Shown: positions 54,123 to 64,000 of the stretch, one piece after another
How the letters are laid out: every line of letters begins with the position of its first letter
Numbering within the stretch: the first letter of the stretch is position 1
Assembly (NCBI RefSeq): GCF_009914755.1
Contig: NC_060943.1
DNA length: 64,000 nt
Source of the DNA: the human T2T-CHM13v2.0 reference genome, Homo sapiens
Strand: one strand, 5' to 3'
Notes under the pieces: generated by a model
What the model was told of the DNA's origin: nothing
Database searches by the model: none
The model's input: the letters and a program-made list of their open reading frames with translations, nothing else
Made by a program: the position numbers and the translations under genes

Positions 54123-54880
<758 letters not shown>

Positions 54881-57800
54881 ATGATTCCATGTGGACTGCC
54901 ACATCAAGGAAGCAAACAACAAGGAAAGCCTGGCGCTGCGTGGAGCTGTCTTTTGCTGCTAACTGCCCTTGACCGACTTCCTACCAGGTCTTCCCTGTGC
55001 GCCTCTAACCCCAGGAGGTGCTGCTGGCATGCCCACCTCTCAGATGAAGCAGTGCGGTCCAGAGAGCGTCTTGGGCACCGCCTGCCTCACAGCTGGGCCC
55101 CTGACCCTCCAGGGACTGTGGCTGAGCAGCCATGGCTGCCTGGACGGGTGTCCCCTGGCCCGTCTGTCCGTCTGGATGTGGGAACCCTCCAGGCACGCTG
55201 GGGCGGGCAGGTGCCAGGTGCCTCTCCAGCAAGATGCAACATAGGTGTCTTCACTTGCACTCCGTAGGTCCTGAGCCCCTGCAGCTGCCTGGGAGAGTGG
55301 GGAAATACTCTCCACTTGTCCCACTCCACTGTTGCCATGGAGATACCTCCCACCCTAGGCAGGGCCACCCTGAGCCTGGTTGGCTTTGCAGGAAATCCCC
55401 ACTCTTTGACCTCTCTGTTAGGCACAGGACGTGTAGTCCCATGAGAGGGAACTGGGCCCAGGTGGAGATCCATCCGCCTACCCCAGAGCGCGCATCTGTT
55501 GCTAAGCAACATCTGAGGCTGCATGGAGGTGGGGGCTCCGGAGCCCCCAGACCTTTTCCCAGTTTCAGAAACTAGGTGGCTGCATCCCCAGCGTCCACGC
55601 AGGCGAGCCTAAGCCTCGGTCAGCTTTAGGGTGTCCGTGGGCCATGCAGGGTCTTGGGCCTTTCACAGACACCTGATCTGCACGTCACAGACACGCATGG
55701 GTGCACGTCACTACACGTCCGCCACATGTGCTTGGCTGGTCTGCGCCCCAGCAGAAGGGGTCACCTATGTCTCTGCAGTATCCTGTGTACTGAAAGAGCA
55801 AACAGGTGTGTGACCCCAGGGCAGGTCGGGGTCCGTCCTGTCCCCAGCCTGTCTACTGCGTGTGCCTGTGGCAGGCAGGGTCTCCGGATGCCGAGTGCAT
55901 GGTGTATGACTTTGTGTCCAGTGGGTACGAAGCAGGGGTGTGGGTGTGCACCTGTGTGTGGCCTGTGGCGGGGTGTGTGTGCCGGGGATGTCCCTCTGTG
56001 GCCCAGGCCTGGCCTTTGGGCTGCTGGGATGGCCTGGCCGGGGCAGGAGTAGACAGGGCCTCCCAGCCTCCACATTCCTGAGCTGTGACTCAGGCCTGTG
56101 GGGAGGGGGTGAGTCACAGGGAAGGGAAGCCGACCCACCCTGCGAACGCATCCGAGGAACAGGAGGGAAACTGAGGCTGGGGAGCAGCTCAGTCCGGCTT
56201 TCCTGTGTAGCAGCCCCTGAATCTCAGGCCCGGGGGTGGGGCGGGGTGGCGGGGGGGGGCGCGCGGGGCCTCCCAGGGGACCTGAGATCCCAGCCCTGGA
56301 CTCAGCTGGGAGCTGGGGGAAGAGGCAGGTTTAACCCTTCCTCTTCTGGGCTTCTGGAACTCTGGGCTGCCCTGGGAGGCGCGGCTCCCGCTGACACAGC
56401 ACGCGTGCCCACCCCAGGGACATGAGTCACAGCACCAGGCATGGACACATATGCTCTGTGGGTCCCGGCACACCCGAGTCACGCACACCCAGCCCTGTCC
56501 CCGGCTGCCCCCACATCCACATCCGGATAAGCGCACACTTTGGAGTCCAAGCGCCCACCTCCTTGGGTTGCACACACAGCGCCACGCAGACGGGTTCCTG
56601 TGTCTTTGCACACACGCGGGTGCCGGGGGCTCTGTGCACACACCTCCAAGACTGCGTGCACGCCCCTATATGCCCTGCGCACCGACGCAGGCCGGCCTGG
56701 GGTCCCTGCACTCACCACGCCGTGTGCACTCGCACATAGCTACACATTCGTGTCCACACAAGCTTGTGTCTCTGTACTCTGCCCACGGGCACACATGTGC
56801 GCCACACCTGGCAACCCGCACGCCCGGTCTCTGCATCCCCCACCCTGGCTCTGGGCCCTGCGTAGTGGGGCCAGCTGGGTCGGCTGCAGCCTCTGCCAGG
56901 ACGGTCCTATTTCTGCGCCCCCGCGGGGCGGCCGCCAGGTGCACGGTCCCGGCCCCCGCCTGGCTAGGAGGAGGCGGTAATTATGCGGCCCCGGGGTCCC
57001 CCCCACGCGCCTTTCATCCTCGGCCACGCCCGTCGCAGGCCTAGACGCTCTCTACCGCCTCCCGCCCGGTCATTAGTCGGGGTCGGGGGAGGACCTGGCG
57101 TCCGGCGGGCGGGGCCCCGTGGGGAGGGCGGAGTGGGCGGTGCGGGAGCGAGGGAGCTCCGCCCTCGTCTCCATGGCGACGCCCCGCAGGGGAGGAGGCC
57201 CGGGAGGAGTATCAGGGTGCAGGAGGTGCGCGCCCCTTCCGAGACGGCAGGCTGGAAAGGGGGCGGATTTGTGAATGGGCCCACGGGGCCCAAGACAGAC
57301 GCGCGGGGAGCAGGTTCGGGGACTCTGACTGATCCCCGCGCCTCGCCGGGCAGGGGCGAGCCCCGCGCGTCGGGCCCGGAATAGCAGTCTCGCCCCCGCC
57401 CGGCGCGGCTATTTTGAGCTCCTCCGTTGGGGCCGAGGCGCGGGGGCGGCGGGAGGCTGGGGGTCGACACGCAGGCTGCGTCCTCGCCCCGCGAGATTGG
57501 ACCCCTCGAGGACTGTGCGCTGTGGCCGCGCAGGGCTGGGCGGCGGGGCCCCCTCTCCCACGCGAGGCGTCTGCGTGGAGCGGCGGCACCGGGAGCCCGG
57601 CCGCTCGAGCCAAACGCCGCGGACGGAGCGAGGCCGCAGCGCCCCCTGGTGTCCGCAACGGGCAGCGCGTCCCGGTCGGGTCCCGCATGGTCAGTGGCCA
57701 GCAGGGGTGGATGAAGGGGTCCCAGCCGCCTGAGACCCCCGGTGGGGACACAGGATCGCGGTGAGATACCTGGGAGTCACGGGTGCTCGCAGACGCAGCT

Positions 57801-57994
57801 GACCCCAGAGGCACAGGTACCGACACAGGTCCACACCTGGAAGCCGGTGCACAGTGCTCGGCACAGATGCAAAGCGGCAGGTGTGCGCAGGTGCGTGTCA
57901 ACGCCACCCTGGGAACCCAGGATGGCTGCGGACACTCACGGAGCCCGCACCCAGGAACCCGCTCGTAGTAAGCGCTTAATAACTAGGCACTGGC

Positions 57995-58017
57995 TGAATG
58001 AATGAATGAATGAATGA
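57995..58017. repeat. (GAAT)n microsatellite
   Basis: Direct inspection; likely an L2 tail remnant. Confidence 0.8.
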
Positions 58018-58339
58018 ACACGGCGCTTCGCAAAACCAGGAAAAGGCAGAGGCTCACAGAACCAGGGAACGATGGGCTGGGGGGAGCGGCAAGAATTACG
58101 CAATTATGCAGGGGCCGCTGTGACTACCAGGCACCCCCTCCAACTCCCCCCCTACAAGGGCTGCTCTGGGTCAGAGAACGTCCACCGCGCTGACTGCTGG
58201 GGCTGGGGGCTGGGGGCGCAGATCAGAAAGAATGGGCCTGAATTGCTCCCAGGCTGGGCATGTGGCGCCCGCGTCTGGGGCTCCAGTGGGTGGGTGGCCC
58301 CTCCCGCATGGACGGCGGGCGCAGGGGAGCTCGGTGCTG

Positions 58340-60810
58340 ATGTCTCTCTCCTTTAATAACCACCCTGCGTGAGTGGCTGACGCAGCAGCCGGCTGCCGCT
58401 GACGGGGAGTGGGGCGGCTGTAGTGGGGGGGCCCGAGGTGCAGAGGGGGTGGTGATGAATCACACAGCTGCTGCCTGGGGGAGGGGGTCTTGAGCCCATG
58501 AGGGGTCCCAGAGACCTTGTCACTGGAGACAGCGCCCCTGGCTACCCCCACCTCGATCCACTTGAGGGTGGAAGTGAGTCTGAGGTCAGGAGTGGGGCCG
58601 GGATTTCCCTGGGATGAGCAGCAAAGCGGGGGTCTCTGTACGCCAACTTCCCCCAGCTTGTCAGCAGAGGGTCATCCCTCCGAAGACTTTCTGGGGCAGA
58701 GAAGCAGGGGTCCGCGCTGGCTTCTTCCACCAGGGCTGGGGGAGGCGGCGGCATGAGATGACTCCTGGGCGAGGAGCAAGTGGTGGCCATAGAGGGCCCC
58801 CCAGAGGCTTTGGGGCCGCCGAAGAGTAGTGAGTGAGGGTCCTTGTAAAGCTGGTTCTCCAGATGGCGGCGGCTTTAAGACTCCCCTCCGCCAACCAGGC
58901 TCAGTAGGGGAGGCCTGTGGAAGGAGAGAAAAGGCCTGGGTGGAGGAGCAGAGTGGGCCTGGCCCCGCGTGGGGAGCGAGTGCGCCGTTGCTGTGCAGCA
59001 CGGTGGGAGGGGAGGCCGAGGGCCGGGCGGAGTGCTGGGGTGCAGTGGGGACTCGGGGTGTCCGCCTGCACCCGACAGCAGGGACGCACAACACTATCCG
59101 GCCAGGCGAGTGTGGGGGTGTGGGCCACGCACCCAGCCGTGATAATCGCGGTTCCAGTGGGAGTTAGGCTTGGGTGCGGGTTGGAGTTTGTAGGCAAACT
59201 GGGTTGCGTAAAGTTGGGGTGCACCAAAGTGTGGCGATGTAGGAAGAATTGGGATTGCGAATATTGGGGTTCGCATGAATGGGGTTGTCTCTGTTGGGGT
59301 TTTGGTGGGCATGGGGTTGATGGCAGGAATGGAGTGCTGGGGTGCTGGGAAAACTGGGACGTCGGTTGTATTGGCAAGAATATCACGACAGGTGTCGGGG
59401 TTCAGATGAAGTTGGGATGTCTGACAGCCGGGTCTTGGTTGGGTAGGGGATCTGGGCTAGGTTGTTATGTCGGGACTGCTGGAGCACAGGCAAAGTCGGG
59501 GTCCCAGTGACACCCAGAGGTCCCCATGAGGCCTGAGGCCTGGGAATCGGGGCTAGAGGCCCATTTGTTCCCCGCCGCAGGCCAGGGAGCAGGCACGCGT
59601 AACTGGGTCAGCCCCGCCCCGCCCCGCCGCGCGCTGGTCACGCCCCCTCGAGCGCGGGTGGAGGACTGCGGACTGCAAACGTCTCGGCCAATAGTCGAGC
59701 CCGACACCAGTCCGCGGGAGGGGGCGGAACCGAGATAGACTCGGCCCCCAGCTCATGAATATAAGACGCAGGCGCGCCCTCTGATTGGCCCAGGATGTGT
59801 AGGGGGCGGGGCCCGGCGGAAGCGTATATAAGGCCGGGCTCGGGGACGCCCCCCCCTCACTCGCGCGTTAGGAGGCTCGGGTCGTTGTGGTGCGCTGTCT
59901 TCCCGCTTGCGTCAGGGACCTGCCCGACTCAGTGGTGAGGGCCCTGGCTGCACCGGCTCCGAGGAGCTCGGGGCGGCGGGCGGCCTGCGGCGGCCAGGCG
60001 AGGCGGGGCCGCAGCGGCACGCCCCTGGGAGGGGGCGGGCCCGGGGTGGAGTCCGCCCCGCCGGCGGCGAGGGACAGCGGGAGATTGGGCCGAGTAGCGG
60101 CCAGAGGGCCTCTCCCCGCCGGTCCGGGCCGCCGGCGACCCGGTTGCCGCCGCAAAATGGCGGCCGCGAGCTCGAGGCTGTGCCCAGCGAAATGGCGGGA
60201 GCGCCGAGTTCCCGGATGGAGTGGCGCAGGGTGCGCGCGGGGCGCATGCGCACGCGGCGGGGGCGGGGCCACGTGGCGCCCCCGGTCTCCAGGGCCGCTT
60301 TCCCGGCCTTGGGGCTGGAGGTATCCACACACCAACGCTTTTGCTTACCGAGCCTTAGTTTCCTCCTTTTCCCATTGCGATTGCATGAGGGAAAGGACGG
60401 CCTCGTAAATCTTGGGTAGGCGTGGCCCGTTCTAGTGTGGTTCCTCGTCTGCCACGTCGTGCTTTGCGCCCAAAGTTTGGTCCAAGTTGGCACAGCTCCC
60501 AGTGCCAGACTTCCAAGTCTAGTTCTCAGAGCCACTGGGTGGCGGCCATTCCCAGCCAGTGAATGCTTTGTCTGTGTCAGCACTGACCGCCCCCTTAAAT
60601 AGCCAGTTCTCCTAAATGCCACTTCCCCTGCCTGGAAATCCTGCCTTATCACTTCCGGGGCCATCCCTTCCCGATTCCCGGCCTAGGTCCTGGCTATGGA
60701 AGTCAGTACCTGCCCTGAGGTGCCCCCCAGGACGGGGCGGCCTCCCTGACAGCCAGCCCCCCCCCAGTCTCAGGAGGCATTTTACAGTGAGCAGAAGCAC
60801 GTTCTGGTCC
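58340..60810 (-). ncRNA. CIRBP-AS1: CIRBP antisense RNA 1 (formerly C19orf23), two exons; outer bounds approximate
   Basis: Minus-strand donor CTCG|GTAAGC at 60348 and strong acceptor ccttttctctccttccacAG at 58915. The spliced ORF 60664-60349 + 58914-58901 is 109 aa (MAPEVIRQDF...KLRLGLPY*). Candidate ATTAAA at 58352-58357. Confidence 0.7.
59687..59934 (+). promoter_or_regulatory. CIRBP: CIRBP core promoter and non-coding exon 1
   Basis: CCAAT (~59688), ATTGG (~59784), GC boxes, TATATAA at 59825-59831, donor GTG|GTGAGG at 59935. Confidence 0.85.
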
Positions 60811-61009
60811 AGCAACAAGTAGATGTCAGTTGGTTAGGGTAGGAGTTGGCACCCGTTCGGAAATAGGAGAACCTGAGAGTGCAGTCCTGCCCAGGGCACA
60901 ACTGGAAGGCTGTGGGGGAAGGGAGACACCCATTGTGGAAATGGGTGCGGCCTGCCTTCAGTCTTGGGGGTGGATGGAGTAAATTATTTGAATTAAGAAG
61001 TCCTAGGTG

Positions 61010-61300
61010 GCTGGGTGCGGTGGCTCACACCTGTAATCCCAAAACTTTGGGTGGCCAAGGTGGGAGGATTGCTTGAGCCCAGGAGTTTCAGACCAGCCTG
61101 GGCAACAGAGCAAGACCCCATCTCTACTAAAACAAATTTAAAAAAATTATCCAGGCGTGGTGGTGTACACCTACAGTCCCAGTTTCTTGGGAGGCTGAGG
61201 TAGGAGGATTGCTTGAGCCCAGGAGGTGGAGGCTGCAGTGACCCCTGCACTCCAGTCTGGGTGACAGTTAGACACACTGCCCCCGACCCCAAAAAAATAA
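61010..61300 (+). mobile_element. Alu (J-like) in CIRBP intron 1
   Basis: Diverged Alu consensus match. Confidence 0.9.
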
Positions 61301-61456
61301 GTCCTAGGTATGAGTTTGAGATAATGAAAAATAAAAATCTGATTTTCTAATATTTCCCCTAAAAAACACATGTCATTTACATAAAATAGGAAGCGGGGAG
61401 AGGTGGTGAGAGATGACCCCTGTTGAGGATTTCATTGGTGTCTGCCACAGGCCGCC

Positions 61457-62966
<1,510 letters not shown>

Positions 62967-64000
62967 AAACCCTTCCTGCTCAAGATCGTCCTTCCAATGG
63001 CTGTGTGTTTAAAGATTGTGGGAGCTTCGCTGAACGTTAATGTGTAGTAAATGCACCTCCTTGTATTCCCACTTTCGTAGTCATTTCGGTTCTGATCTTG
63101 TCAAACCCAGCCTGACCGCTTCTGACGCCGGGATGGCCTCGTTACTAGACTTTTCTTTTTAAGGAAGTGCTGTTTTTTTTTGAGGGTTTTCAAAACATTT
63201 TGAAAAGCATTTACTTTTTTGACCACGAGCCATGAGTTTTCAAAAAAATCGGGGGTTGTGTGGGTTTTTGGTTTTTGTTTTAGTTTTTGGTTGCGTTGCC
63301 TTTTTTTTTTTAGTGGGGTTGGCCCCATGAAGTGGGTGCCCCACTCACTTCTCTGAGATCGAACGGACTGTGAATCCGCTCTTTGTCGGAAGCTGAGCAA
63401 GCTGTGGCTTTTTTCCAACTCCGTGTGACGTTTCTGAGTGTAGTGTGGTAGGACCCCGGCGGGTGTGGCAGCAACTGCCCTGGAGCCCCAGCCCCTGCGT
63501 CCATCTGTGCTGTGCGCCCCACAGTAGACGTGCAGACGTCCCTGAGAGGTTCTTGAAGATGTTTATTTATATTGTCCTTTTTTACTGGAAGACGTACGCA
63601 TACTCCATCGATGTTGTATTTGCAGTGGCTGAGGAATTCTTGTACGCAGTTTTCTTTGGCTTTACGAAGCCGATTAAAAGACCGTGTGAAATGAACCTTG
63701 CTCTGACAATTCCCTTGCATTGCACCACACACTCCTTGCTGCGGGCTCCTGCAGCCAGACCTGAGCAGAGAGAGAAGGTGGAGAAGCAGCGGGTCTGCAA
63801 GCCTTCCCTGGGGCCTGCAGAGCTAGAAAGGGAGGCCCAGCAGACTGGCGCTGGTCAGGGTAGGGGAGCCAGGCGGGGGACGGGAGCGGGCAGCTCAGGC
63901 CTCAGGGCAGCCCTGGGAGGCTTCTGGCAGTGGTGGCCAGAGGGCTGGACTGTGCGGGCAGCTTAGCAGGGACAGTGGACGTGCACCTGACGCTGACCTG

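Overview
Human (primate) genomic DNA, very GC-rich and Alu-dense, recognisable as the chr19p13.3 block STK11 - CBARP - ATP5F1D - MIDN - CIRBP. The window starts inside STK11 intron 1. It contains STK11 exons 2-10 (+), including a U12 AT-AC intron 2 and the alternative terminal exon 9A. It then carries the whole CBARP gene (-, tail-to-tail with STK11), ATP5F1D (+), MIDN (+), and CIRBP (+) with its antisense transcript CIRBP-AS1 (-). I rebuilt exon structures by hand from splice sites and reading frame; they give 705/453 aa (CBARP), 168 aa (ATP5F1D), 468/511 aa (MIDN) and 172/297 aa (CIRBP). Most long ORFs in the six-frame track are GC-content or Alu artefacts. I saw no foreign DNA, CRISPR array or prokaryote-type system. 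The most interesting signals concern RNA processing. (1) A 131-nt L1/Alu-chimeric STK11 exon has its ATG inside an Alu target-site duplication and is in frame only because of a 44-nt deletion in the Alu. (2) A 43-aa MIDN cassette exon falls inside the Catch domain. (3) CIRBP intron 6 is fully open in frame. (4) A UG/G-rich VNTR abuts a weak CBARP acceptor. (5) Inverted Alus flank STK11 exons 2-3, which could form a stop-free 174-nt circle. Several of these match isoforms I recall as already annotated; the mechanistic readings are my inference.
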